From the NCBI RefSeq assembly GCF_004010195.1, contig NC_057728.1, positions 54,507,622 through 54,571,621 of the forward strand: a DNA stretch of 64,000 nucleotides. Direction: 5' to 3'. The notes under the pieces are model-generated. The model had not been told where the DNA came from, made no database searches, and worked only from the letters and a program-made list of their open reading frames with translations. Source of the stretch: Chiloscyllium plagiosum (Eukaryota). Positions 11,366 through 23,048 of the stretch are shown one piece after another (within the stretch, counting starts at the first letter, position 1; each line of letters begins with the position of its first letter). Position numbers and translations under genes: made by a program.

Positions 11366-12249
11366 TCTTCATATGGGTTGCTGTTGTGGGATCTTCCTGT
11401 GCACATATAGCGGTGGTTCTGGTCTACATAACAGCAGTGATTACAATTCAAGGGGAATTCCAATTCATTATAAAATTCTCTGGCCTACCCTGTGGATATG
11501 ACAAGGCTTTTTATAAAATTCCTACTTTATTCTGCCCTGTACTGCCCTCCTCTCCCATGCCCCAATATTAGAAATTCCTATTCCCAAGTTTGTTGATCTT
11601 GTTTACTTTATCTCTGCTTCTTTACAAATCTCTTCTGTTCACTTGACTCTGACTCCCCTACATTAACCTTACTCTGTACTCCAGCATTGGTCTTCCAGTC
11701 TCCATGAGTCAACACCTACTCTCTCTAATTCCTTCCCTCTCTGTGCTTCTCATCCATGATCCTCCTGAGAATCTATATTGTTGGTTCTGGCCGTGATCCA
11801 ACTTGTGTTTGTAAATCTAGAGCCTTATTGAGAGGAGTGCCCTGTTAATAGCAGGTGACCTCTCATGATCCAGGCAGCTGTACTAATGGCCATCGCAGTA
11901 AGTGGATTTAAATGCGTCAGAGACATTCACAGATGGATAAACCTCTTCCCAGCAAGCTTAATGCTAATTCGTAAGCTTTTGGATTTTGTCATTCTGGGAA
12001 CAAATATAAAGTTACTTTTGGTTGCATCCGTCCTAGTTGTGAAGGAGGATTCCAGGAATTCCGAATTTTCCTCCATATTTAATTCTGTAAGTGGAGATGT
12101 CCATTCATTGAGAATATTGGGTGTTTACTAGGCTGCCATGTGTTTGTGTGTATATAATGAGGAAGATACTTTAGACCATAGTTTTTGACCTACCCTTGAT
12201 CCTGTCAATAATGCATTGTGAAAATAATTCCTCTGCAGTATATTAATAA

Positions 12250-12496
12250 CAGGATTTACATAGTAATGAATCAAAACCTGCATCCCCCATTCTAAGCGAT
12301 TAAAGACTTAACAGAACTCTAGGTTTGTTCAATACATCGCATCACTTGTATGACACTTTGACCTTTTACTATAAATTCTGTGTCCTATGATCCTGCCCCA
12401 CTTGCTACCTGATGCAGGAGCAGCGCTCTGAAAGCTTGTACTTCCAAAGAAGCCAGTTGTGCTATAACCTGGTGTTGTGCGATTTTTAACTCTGCC
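12250..12496 (+). mobile_element. PLE terminal repeat fragment with degenerate hammerhead
   Basis: cctgatgcaggagcagcgctctgaaagct followed by ctataacctggtgttgtgcgatttttaac. Same family as 27897 and 52350. Confidence 0.75.
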
Positions 12497-12829
12497 ATAA
12501 CTGTTGGCTCTGTTCAGTATGAAAACACACAATGTAGCCGCCGACTTATGCCACTATCAAACAAAATTCCTATATTCCCTGTTTGGCACAGAATGTCTTT
12601 AAGTGACATACCTGCTGGTTCTTCACACCCAATTAGATTCACCAGGAACTTATTAAATGTTGTAGCAAGCTCGAGAGGCTGAATGGCCCTAATTTATATG
12701 TTCCCATCTATGAATATTTGTAGATTGTGTTACTGCTGTAACTTTGTATCCTAAAACTGGTTGTTATTTGTTCAAAACTAAAATCCTCTGGCTTTGTTCT
12801 CTTATTGAATATGGAGATGCAAACAAGGA

Positions 12830-13060
12830 GCAGGAGGAGACTATTCAGTTCCATCACTCAATACGATCATGGTTGATCTGATGGTAATCTCTAATCCACA
12901 TTCCCTCTGACCCCGATAGCTCCCTCCCTTGTCAAGAATGGATCGATAAAAATATACAAGAGCTCTGCTTCTGATTTTCAGGATGTGAATTCCAAAGACC
13001 CTCTGAGCAAAAGAAAAATCACCTAATCTCTTGTTTTACATGGGTAACGTTTCATTTTGC
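12830..13060 (-). mobile_element. Old CR1 3' fragment
   Basis: ggagcaggaggagactattcag...gatcatggttgatctg...aattccaaagaccctctg. Confidence 0.55.
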
Positions 13061-13284
13061 CTGACATCTCATACATTGTTCTCCTCTAAACAAAAAAAAC
13101 CTTTAAATTAACTTTTGAAAAGAATGGAAGAAGAGAGCTCCACACTTACGAGAAAAGGGCTCCCTCAGTAATGACGGGCCATTCATGAGCTTTGACAGAG
13201 GAAGGCAAAACGCAGCCCCCTTTCACAGCAATTGGCTGATGTTTTCAGACATAGAAAGGTCCTGCCAACCACTTTGACAGTTGC

Positions 13285-13390
13285 TGTGGGCCAAATGAGG
13301 GCAAATGGGGTCAGTTCAGTTTGACAAACCTGGTCAGCGTGGGCGAGCTTGGCCAAAGGGTCTGTTTCCGTGCTGTGTGACTCACTGGCA
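13285..13390 (+). mobile_element. CR1 3' tail
   Basis: ttggccaaagggtctgtttccgtgctgtgtgactc. Confidence 0.7.
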
Positions 13391-14179
13391 CTATAAAGTA
13401 AGCATGATATCAAGGTGCTAGAATGCCAGAGGTTGGGGTAGGATACCTAAAGGTTGGGGTGCCAGGGACATGGGATGCCACTTGGGTATGGGTAACGTGC
13501 CAGCCAGATAGGGTGCCAGGGTGCAAGGCAGCACGAGGTGCAGGTAAGTGGTTTGGTATGTTGCAACAGGCTAGAGAATTGGGTCCAGCAGGAATTGGGG
13601 ACCATTGATGCTGGGTCGGGGGAGGGGGAGGGGTGTGTGGGCAGTTTTGGCTCTAGCAGCTGAAGGAGGGGAGGTACAGTGTTGCGTGGGGGTTAGTCGG
13701 CTCGGGGTCAGTGCAGAGTAGGGTTAAGGGGAATGGGTGATCTGGTCCACCTCCATATGTCAGGTAGGATCAGGTGTGACAGCAATGCCAGGGCAGGCTG
13801 GGTGTGGAGGTGAAGTAAAGGTGGAGGGTGGGGTATTACTCCCTGGGGTGGGGTTTCATGTCCTGGGGTTGAGATGTCAAGGTTAATGGAATGTAAGTGA
13901 TCTGGGAGTCTTGGGTTGCGGTTGGAGATGGGGAGGAGAGAGTTGTGAGGTAGGTATGTGGTCTGCTTAACAGTTACTCAGGACTTAGAATGTGTATTTA
14001 ATGTTCTAACAGTTCCTGAGTAATTATTTTACTTAATTTACTCTGAACCAGCCAAAGTCTCTGATTTAATGGAGATTTTCAGAGGGCAGCTCCAGCCATA
14101 CAAAAATCACCCAGAAAAAACTTCAATTTCTTTCAGAATGTGTTACAATTCTTTCAGCATGTGTCACAATCCATTGACT

Positions 14180-14620
14180 TCCTCTGGCATTACAACAGTC
14201 TGACCATCTGCCCCTGTGACCCCTTCATTTGTCCACATAGACTTAGATTGTTGTGAGATTGCCTGACTTGGTCCCAGGCGATAGAAATTCCTTTGTGGCC
14301 TCAACCCTCACTGTCTCTGTAATCCTCTTCCAACCTCACACTGAGGTTTCCACACTCTTCCAATGCCCCTGTGCTTCAGTCTCTTTGGCATCAGAGACCT
14401 TCAGCTGCCTTAGCTCTAAGCTCTGGGTCCTCATGGAATCTCTCTGCCTCAGTACATCTCCCTTCCTCCTTATTATTTTGCCTTAAAATTTACCAGTTTG
14501 TTCAAGCTTTTGGTCACCCAGTCTATTATATTCCCATGTGGCTCAGAGTCAATTTTGTTTGATATGACCCCCAGTGGGGGACCCTTAGATCACAAGGTAC
14601 AATATAAATGCAAGTTGTTG
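14180..14620 (+). mobile_element. L2 LINE 3' fragment (old)
   Basis: tctctgtaatcctcttccaac, cttcagctgccttagctctaagctctgg, tail tataaatgcaagttgttg. Confidence 0.55.
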
Positions 14621-15819
14621 TCCTATAAATCCAAATTTCAAATTCAAGATGGAAAGTGTGGACAAAGCATAATCTGATTAATTACAATGGATACTCAATA
14701 AAATTAAGGACATTAGTAAATCTGGGAATTAACAATGGCGTAATGATTCCTTCTGATTCATAATAGAACATGATGGCAGACAAGAAGTAAGAGCTTAATA
14801 TTAGACATTAAGGACCTTTGTGAAATGACATTACACATTAAACATTGATGTTCTACACATGTGAGGTAATGCAAAAGGTGCTGCAATAAGCAGATGACTC
14901 ATCTCTGCAAACCAAACCCAAAGAATGTCATCCAATCCTCATATTCATCTGAAATACCTTACGCATTAGTCAATGTTCCTAATATTTCCATGGGATGAGT
15001 CTCGAGTACTCATTCATCATTTCCACACAAGTAGTCTGGATCATGTTCAGCGTGGTGCTAACCACTGACTCCTATTAAATCAGCGCTGCATTGCAGAGTG
15101 AGGGTCTGTAAAGTGAACAGAATATGACAAAGGGGCCTCTATAATAAAATGAAAGGAAGAAAACAGGATTCCGCAAACCAAATAACAAGTCACTTCCAAA
15201 CAATCAAGAATCACTTTCAAAATCACTAAATATATTTTTGCAGTCATGCTTTCAAGCTGAATATAATTCATTTGACCTACTGTCCGTGATATTGCAAGTT
15301 ACAAACGTTTATTTTTACAAATGACACTAATAGAAACCTAAATTATTGAATGTGATGGGCACATCAAATTGTACTTATGATAATGATTTTTAATAGAGGC
15401 AGATTAACAAGAGACAGCAGACCTCATAAAAGTCAAAGCTGATAAATAGGACGAGAAAAAGGATGTCAGATAGTGAAATGAGACCAGAGCTCCTTACTCA
15501 AGGATGATAAACATTATTTTCTATTCAATTATGGGCGCTTCTTTTTTTATGAAAATTGTAATTTGGGAAAAGAGAGAAACTCTACAGCCACACAATGTAA
15601 AGAGACACTGGCAGATTTCTGATGCTTGGTCATTTTAGTTTGTTAGTTTAGCTTGTTGTAATAATGATGTGCTAGTGCTGACACAGTCCAGTCAGAAGTC
15701 CCACATTGATGTTGCAATGCTCAGGAGAGTGGCTGGAACATCTGTATCTCAATCTCTCTCCACCTCCAAATGCTTTGTGATGAAAGAGATTTGAAAGTCC
15801 AAAGCTCATCTCAGGGTTG

Positions 15820-16080
15820 AACTGAGCATAAAGGGTGCTTGCAACTTGCTTTGGGCAATGAAGGCTTCTGTTTTTCACTCCTGGCATTTTCGCTTGTTGG
15901 CAATAGCCATTGCTTGGCCACAGTGTGGCTAATGTATTATTCGCAATTTACCAGTCCAAAATTTCAATGTTGCCCATGTCTTGATTCATGCGAGCATGGA
16001 CCACTTCATTATCTGAAGGGTGGGAGTGAACATGGTGCAAACAGCAGTGAACGTCCCCACTTCAGATTATGGGGGGGACC
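15820..16080 (-). mobile_element. CR1/L2-group LINE RT fragment
   Basis: catggaccacttcattatctga...gaacgtccccacttc, homologous to 258-400 and 48860-48990. Confidence 0.6.
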
Positions 16081-16371
16081 ATAGGTGCAATGCCTTGAAA
16101 TTCATGGTCCCTGATGGCAGAATGCTACAGTTATTAATGTAAACAGGGATAACCTGGACAACGAAATAAGCAGATCATTTTGTATTTGTCAGGAACTAGG
16201 AGGCTAAGAGCATCCCCCTCACATCACTACTTCTGCTGGATCGCAGTAGGAAAGAGAAGATTGGCAGACCAACATAATCCACAAGACTTCCTATAAATCA
16301 CTATGGGCCCCATAACTAAGTATACGAGGGTGGCAGGGTGGCTCAGTGGTTAGCACTGCTGCATCACAGCA

Positions 16372-16627
16372 CCCTCAGGCAGAAGATACAAAAGTTTGAA
16401 AACACATGCCAACAGATTCACGAACAGATGTTATCAAACTTATCAACTGACCTCTCATACATTAGTCTTTCTCTGTACCTTCTCTGCAGCTGTAACACTA
16501 TATTCTGCATTCTGTTCTATTGCCCTGATGTATTTATGTAAGATATTACTTGTCTGGTTAGCATGCAAAACAATACTTTTCACTGTATCTTGGTACACAT
16601 GACAATAATAAATCAAATCAAATCAAA
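16372..16627 (+). mobile_element. Rex1/Babar LINE 3' tail
   Basis: ggcagaagatacaaaagtttgaaaacac...ttttcactgtatcttggtacacatgacaataataaatcaaatcaaatc. Confidence 0.8.
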
Positions 16628-17290
16628 CTTATGAGTGACGTGGATAGAATGCATTGAATCTTTTTCCCAGGCAAGAAATGAGGGACCTAGGTTTAAGGTA
16701 AAAGAGGGAAAAGATTAAATGAGTTGTGAGAGGCACTTTTTTTTTGGCATAGAATCCCTAAAGTATGGAAGAAGGCCATTTGGCCCATTGAGTCCACATC
16801 AACCCTCTGAAGGATGTCCCACCCACACCCAGCCTCTACCATATCTTGTAACCCCACATTTTCCATGGCTAATCACCTAGGCTGAACACTACAGAAAACT
16901 TCAGCATGGCCAATCCACCTAGCCTGCATATCTTTGGTTTGTGGGTGGAAATCCATGCAGACATAGGGAGAACTTGCAAACTCCACACAAGTACTTGCCT
17001 GAGGCTGGAACCAAACCCAGGTCACTTGTGCTGTGAGACAACAGTGCTAACCACTGTACCACCCACATGGAGCGTGGTAAGTACTTGGAATGTGCTGCCA
17101 AAGGATGTGGTGTTAGAAATAGATACAATAGCAACATTTAAGAGGCATCTCGACAGATACATGATTAGGCAGGGAATAGAGGGATATGGACTATATGGAA
17201 GCAAGAGGTTTTTCGCTCAGAAAAGTATGATGTGTTGGCACAGGCTTGATGGGCCAAAAGGCATGTTCCTGTACTGTACTGTTTTTTGTT
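16628..17290 (+). mobile_element. CR1 3' end split by an HE1 SINE
   Basis: aggtttaaggtaaaagaggg before the SINE. Resumes at about 17067 as VVSTWNVLP..FKRHLDRYM. Confidence 0.75.
16748..17066 (-). mobile_element. HE1-type SINE
   Basis: catagaatcccta...ggccaatccacctagcctgca...gtgctaaccactgtaccaccc. Confidence 0.85.
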
Positions 17291-17299
17291 ATTGTCTAT

Positions 17300-17655
17300 C
17301 TCTTTCTTATACACTTGTGGGATGTGGGCATCACTGACTGCATTTATTGCCCATCCCGAGCTGTCCTTAAACTGAGAGACTTCCTTGGCCATTTCAGAGG
17401 ACAGTTGAGAGCCAACCGGAGTTGCAGGTAAGCCAGACCGGGTATCCTTCACTGAATGACATTAAAGAGTCAGATGGGTTTTTCCGACAATTGGCGATGG
17501 TTTCATGGTCATCATAGGTACTTAACTCCAGACTTTTGAAAATTGAATTCAAATTCACCATCTGCTGTGGTGGGATTCAACCTCAGGTCCCCAGAACATT
17601 AGCCGAGTTTCTGGATTAATAGCCAAGCAATACTACCACTCGGCCATCGCCTCAC
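17300..17655 (-). mobile_element. tRNA-derived SINE sharing the 3' tail of the CR1/L2-group LINE
   Basis: Reverse complement starts gaggcgatggccgagtggtag, has a B-box-like ggttgaatcccacc and ends gggcaataaatgc..gatgcccacatccc. Confidence 0.75.
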
Positions 17656-17788
17656 CATGTAATGTAGCTAAGTGAAAAGGGGTTACCGCAAACTGGTCAA
17701 GGTTAGTCAGTGTATATTTACCCACTTTCCACTTTACAATAATATGCTGCATGACACAAGGAGCTGGAGTGGGTTCAGAGACGATTTA

Positions 17789-18091
17789 GATTAGATTCCC
17801 TACAGTATAGAAACAGGCCCTTTGGCCCAACAAGTCCACATTGACCCTCGGAAGAGTAACTCACCCTGACCCATTCCTATACCCTCTGTTTAAACCTGAC
17901 TAATGCACTTAGCACTACGGGCAATTGATCATTGCCAATTCACCTGACCAGCACATCTTTGGACTGTAGGAGGAAACCCGTGCAGACACAGGGAGAATGT
18001 GCAAACTCCACACAGTCAGTCACCCAAGGCTGGACTCGAACCCAGGTCCCTGGTGCTGTGAGGTAGCAGTACTAACCACTGAGCCACCGTG
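17789..18091 (-). mobile_element. HE1-type SINE with TSD
   Basis: Near full-length SINE. TSD cgattta at 17782-17788 / 18092-18098. Confidence 0.9.
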
Positions 18092-18233
18092 CGATTTACC
18101 AGGATGTTGCTGTAATGCCGGGTTTGAGTTACAGGGAGGGACTGGATAGGATGGGACTTTTTTCACAGTAGTGTACAGCGTTGAGGGGTCACCTTATAGA
18201 GGTTTATAAAATCATAAGGGGTACAGATAAAGT

Positions 18234-19676
18234 TATAGACAATAGAGATGTACAGCATGGAAACAGACCCTTCGGTCCAACCCGTCCTTGCCGACCAGAT
18301 ATCCCAACCCAAATTAGTCCCACCTGCCAGCACCTGGCCCATATCCCTCCAAACCCTTCCTATTCATATACCCATCCAAATGCCTCTTAAATGTTGCAAT
18401 TGTACCAGCCTCCACCACATCCTCTGGCAGCTCATTCCATACATGTACCACCCTCTGCGTGAAAAAGTTGCCCCTTAGGTCTCTTTGATATCTTTCCCCT
18501 CTCACCCTATACCTATGTCCTCTAGTTCTGGATTCCCGATCCCAGGGAAAAGACTTTGTCTATTTATCCTATCCATGCCCCTCATAATTTTGTAAACCAC
18601 TATAAGGTCACCCCTCAGCCTCCGACGCTCCAGGGAAAACAACCCCAGCCTGTTCAGCCTCTCCCTGTAGCTCAGATCCTCCAACCGTGGCAACATCCTT
18701 GTAAATCTTTTCTGAACCCTTTCAAGTTTCACAACATCTTTCCGATAGGAAGGAGACCAGAATTGCACGCAATATTCCCACAGTGGCCTGACCAATGTCC
18801 TGTACAGCCGCAACATGACCTCCCAACTCCTATACTCCATACTCTGACCAATAAAGGAAAGCATACCAAACGCCTTCTTCACTATCCTAGCTACCTGCGA
18901 CTCCACTTTCAAGGAGCTTTGAACCTGCACTCCAAGGTCTCTTTGTTCAGCAACACTCCCTAGGAACTTACCATAAAGTGTATAAGTCCTGCTAAGATTT
19001 GCTTTCCCAAAATGCAGCACCTCACATTTATCTGAATTAAACTCCACCTGCCACTTGTCTGGCCATTGGCCTATCTGGTCCAGATCCTGTTGTAATCTGA
19101 GGTAACCCTCTTCNNNNNNNNNNNNNNNNNNNNNNNNNNNNNNNNNNNNNNNNNNNNCATCAATCCTCTTTGTTACTTCTTCAAAAAACCCAATCAAGTT
19201 TGTGAGACATGATTTCCAACGCACAAAGCCATGTTGACTATCCCGAATCAGTCCTTGCCTTTCCAAATACATGTACATCCTGTCCCTCAGGATTCCCTCC
19301 AACAACTTGCCCACCACCAAGGTCAGGCTCACCGGTCTATAGTTCCCTGGCTTGTCTTTACCGCCCTTCTCCTTTTTTCAATAAATGATGCTCACATCCC
19401 ACAAGTGTATAAGAAAGAGTTAGACTAAACAGTGGCACCACGTTTGCCAACCTCCAGACTTCCGGCACCTCACCTGTGACTATCGATGATACAAATATTT
19501 CAGCAAGAGACCCAGCAATTACTTCTCTAGCTTCCCACAGAGTTCTCGGGTACACCTGATCAGGTCTTGGGGATTTATGCACTTTTAACCGTTTCAAGAC
19601 ATCCAGCACTTCCTCCTCTGTAATCTGGACATTTTGCAAGATGTCACCATCTATTTCCCTACAGTCTGTATCTTCC
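18234..19676 (-). mobile_element. CR1 LINE, 5'-truncated, with TSD (contains an N gap)
   Basis: ORFs 19358-19678, 18502-19332 and 18314-18505 are CR1 ORF2. TSD ataaagt at 18227-18233 / 19677-19683. Confidence 0.93.
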
Positions 19677-19713
19677 ATAAAGTGAAAGGCAGGTGTCTTT
19701 TCCCTAGGATGGG

Positions 19714-20011
19714 GGGGGTTTGGTACCGATTTGGCGCCAGCCCAGTTGGCGACGGACGTTTTGGCGCTAAGAACATTTCTTTATTTGTAAATCTGTCTGT
19801 ATGGACAGCTTTAGTGTAACAAAATTTAATGTTTTCATTTTTCAATAAAGTTACAGTTTTAAAACTTTTTAAAGTTCTACCTTTGAATGATGATGTGTCA
19901 ATCAACATTTTTTTCCTAGCGCCAAAACGCCCATCGCCAAATGGGCTGGCGCCAAATCAGCTGGCGCCCAAATGGCCGTGCCAAAATGTCGGTGCCCAAT
20001 CGTCCCATTCC
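19714..20011. mobile_element. Foldback MITE with internally repetitive TIRs, probably Mutator-like
   Basis: Arms 19728-19769 and 19917-19958 are inverted with 39/42 identity. TTGGCG sub-repeats, AT-rich core, GG...CC ends. 9-bp TSD taggatggg / aaggatggg. Confidence 0.8.
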
Positions 20012-20551
20012 AAGGATGGGGGATTTCCAGACTAGGGAGCATATTTTAAGGTGAGAGGAGGAAGATTTAAAAAAGACATGAGGGGCAATTTTTTTACACA
20101 CAATTTGTGTGTAGAATGAACTTCCAGAGGAAGTGGTGGATGCGTGTACAGTTACAACACTTAAAAGACATTTGGATAAGTACATGAATAAGAAATGTTT
20201 GGAGGGATATGGGCCAAGTGCAGGCAGGTGGGACTAGTTTAGTTTGGGATTATGGTCGGCATGGACTGGTTGGACCGAGGGGTCTGTTTCCATGCTACAG
20301 GACTCTATGACTCTGTGATAAGTGTACATTACCTGACAAAGGTCTGGCTACCATCCGGGCTGCCTTTGGAAAATTCACCATCACAAGTCATTCTCACTGA
20401 TATAACAGTAAACCACTGATGCAGAGATGGCAGCAGAGTAAGACGCTCTAGTCAGAACTCCTCTGCTCGCCAGTTCCTTTTCCTTTTCCTTTCCTTATTT
20501 CCCTCTTTGCAGTTGTTTTTATACCCCCCCACCCCCAACATTTAACTGACA

Positions 20552-21655
20552 GTCATAGAGTCAGAGAGATGTAAAGCACAGAAACAGACCCTTCTGTCCA
20601 ACTCGTCCATGCCGACCAGATATCCTAACCTAATCTAGTCCCATTTGCCAGCACTTGCCCCACATCCCTCTAAACCCTTCCTATTTATGTACCCATCCAG
20701 ATGCCTTTTAAATGTTGCAATTGTACCAGCCACCACCACTTCCATTGGCAGCTCATTCCATACATGCACCACCCTCTATGTGAAAAAGTTGCCCGTTAGG
20801 TCTCTTTTATATCTTTCCCCTCTCACCCTAAACATATGCCCTCTAGTTCTGGACTCCCCAACCCCAGGGAAAAGACTTTGTCTATTTACCCTATCCATGC
20901 CCCTCATAATTTTGTAAACCTCTAAAAGGTCACCCCTCAGCCTNNNNNNNNNNNNNNNNNNNNNNNNNNNNNNNNNNNNNNNNNNNNNNNNNNNNGCTTT
21001 CCCAAAATGCAGCACCTCGCATTTATCTAAATTAAACTCCATCTGCCACTTCTCAGCCCATTTGCCCATCTGATCAAAATCCCATTGTAATTTGAGGTAA
21101 CCTTCTTCGCTGTCCACTACCCCTCCAATTTTGGAGTCATCTGCAAACTTACTAACGGTACCTCCTACATTCATTTCTAAATCGTTTATATAAATGATAA
21201 AAAGTACTGGACCCAGTACTGATCCTTGTGGCACTCCACTGGTCATAGGCCTCCACTCTGAAAAACAATCTTTCACCACCACCCACTGTCTTCTACCTTT
21301 GGGCTACTTCTGTATCCAAATGGCTAGTTCTCCCTGTATTCCATGAGATCTAACCTTGCTAATCAGTCTCCAGTGGGGAACTTTGTCGAACGTTTTACTG
21401 AAGTCCATATAGATCACATTTACCACTCTGGCCTCATCAATCCTCTTTGTTACTTCTTCAGAAAACTCAATCAAGTTCGTGAGACGTAATTTCCCACGCA
21501 CAAAGCCATGGTGACTATCCCTAATTAGTCCTTGCCTTTCCAAATACGTGTCCCTCAGGATTCCCTCCAACAACTTTCCCACTACCGACATAAGGCTCAC
21601 CGGTCTATAGTTCCCTGGCTTGTCCTTACCACCTCTCTTAAATAATGGTATCACT
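20552..21655 (-). mobile_element. CR1 LINE, 5'-truncated (contains an N gap)
   Basis: ORFs 21304-21654 (PGNYRPVSL, YMDFSKTFDKVPH) and 20776-21282 (SGVPQGSVLGP, FADD). Confidence 0.93.
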
Positions 21656-21714
21656 TCTTCAACTATGCTACCCTACCTGGAGAGGGGAGACAAGCTATAG
21701 CCAGAGACCAGGTG

Positions 21715-22820
21715 GAAGCAGAGTGAGTCACGGGCCGGATCCCAGAGTGGGAACAGAGCGAGTCCCAGAGCGGGCGGCACAGCGAGTCCCTGAGCAGGGA
21801 CCAGAGCAAGTTCCAGAATGAGGAGCAGAGTGAGTCACTGTCTGGGTCGCAGAGCGGGAGCGGAGTGAATCCCAAAGCAGGGTGTAGAGCAGATCCCGGG
21901 CAGAGTCCCAGAGCAGGTCCCAGGCTGAGTCCAGGAGCAAGGAGTAGAGCAAGTCCTGGGCTGGGTTCCGGAGCGGGAAGTAAAGCGAGTCCTGGGCTGA
22001 ATCCCGGAGTGGGGATCAGAGCGAGTCCTGGCCTGAATCCCGGAGCAGGGATCAGAGCGAGTCCTGAGCTGAATCCCGGAGTGGGGAGCACAGCGAGTCC
22101 TGGGCTGAATCCCGGAGCAGGGATCAGAGCGAGTCCAGGGCTGAATCCCCGGAGTGGGGAACAGAGCGTGTCTTGGGCTGAATCCTGGAGTGGGGAGCAC
22201 AGCGAGTCCTGGCTGAATTCTGGAGTGGGGAACAGAGTGTGGTCTGGGCTGAATCCTGGAGTGGGGAGCACAGCGAGTCCTGGCTGAATCCCTGAGTGGG
22301 GAACAGAGTGTGTCTTGGGCTGAATCCTGGAGTGGGGAGCACAGCGAGTCCTGGCTGAATCCTGGAGTGGGGAACAGAGCGTGTCCTGGGCTGAATCCTG
22401 GAGTGGGGAGCACAGCGAGTCCTGGCTGAATCCTGGAGTGGGGATCAGAGTGTGGTCTGGGCTGAATCCTGGAGTGGGGAGCAGAGTGTGTCCTGGGCTG
22501 AGTCCTGGAGTGGGGAGCACAGCGAGTCCTGGCTGAATCCTGGAGTGGGGAACAGAGTGTGTCCTGGGCTGAATCCTGGAGTGGGGAGCACAGTGAGTCC
22601 TGGCTGAATCCTGGAGTGGGGAACAGAGTGTGTCCTGGGCTGAATCCTGGAGTGGGGAGCACAGTGAGTCCTGGCTGAATCTTGGAATGGGGAACAGAGT
22701 GTGTCCTGGGCTGAATCCTGGAATGGGGAGCACAGCGAGTCCTGGCTGAATCCTGGAGTGGGGAACTGAGTGTGTCTTGGGCTGAATCCTGGAGTGGGGA
22801 ACAGAGCCAGTCCTGGATGG
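21715..22820. repeat. GC-rich minisatellite, 35/36-bp unit with 71-bp higher-order dimer
   Basis: gctgaatcc recurs at 22390, 22425, 22461 and 22497. Units alternate between ...ggggaacagagtgtgtcctgg and ...ggggagcacagcgagtcctg. Degenerate toward the left. Confidence 0.95.
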
Positions 22821-23048
22821 AAGCAGTGTGGCCTTGTGTTCTGAAGCCCAGTTGATATGAACACATGTTGAAACAGGATTCAAACTTGAGTTCTTTAGGG
22901 ACAATTTTTATTCTCTTTGTGCTCTTTAAAATTCTGTATTCCCATGCTAAACTATTTTTTAAAATTTTTCAATTCAGTAACAACGCTTAAAGAATCTGTA
23001 CCTAGGTATCCTGAACCTAAGATGGCACCAAGAGATGACATGGCAGAC

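Larger units (their letters stand above)
17760..20315 (+). mobile_element. CR1 3' end hosting three nested insertions
   Basis: Colinear pieces 17760-17788, 18092-18233, 19677-19713 and 20012-20315 (LEWVQRRFTRML, LRGHLIEVYKII, tail gactctatgactctg). Confidence 0.85.

Noticed and set aside
11820..12140. 88-aa hydrophobic ORF (11865-12131)
   Set aside because: No recognisable domain or clear splice signals. The length is within chance expectation.
21715..22820. CRISPR-like array
   Set aside because: Units are contiguous with no unique spacers, there are no cas genes, and the context is vertebrate.
21663..22904. 413-aa and 343-aa minus-strand ORFs as host genes
   Set aside because: They are read-through of the 35/36-bp minisatellite. 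The same three peptides cycle through all frames and there is no domain or splice context.
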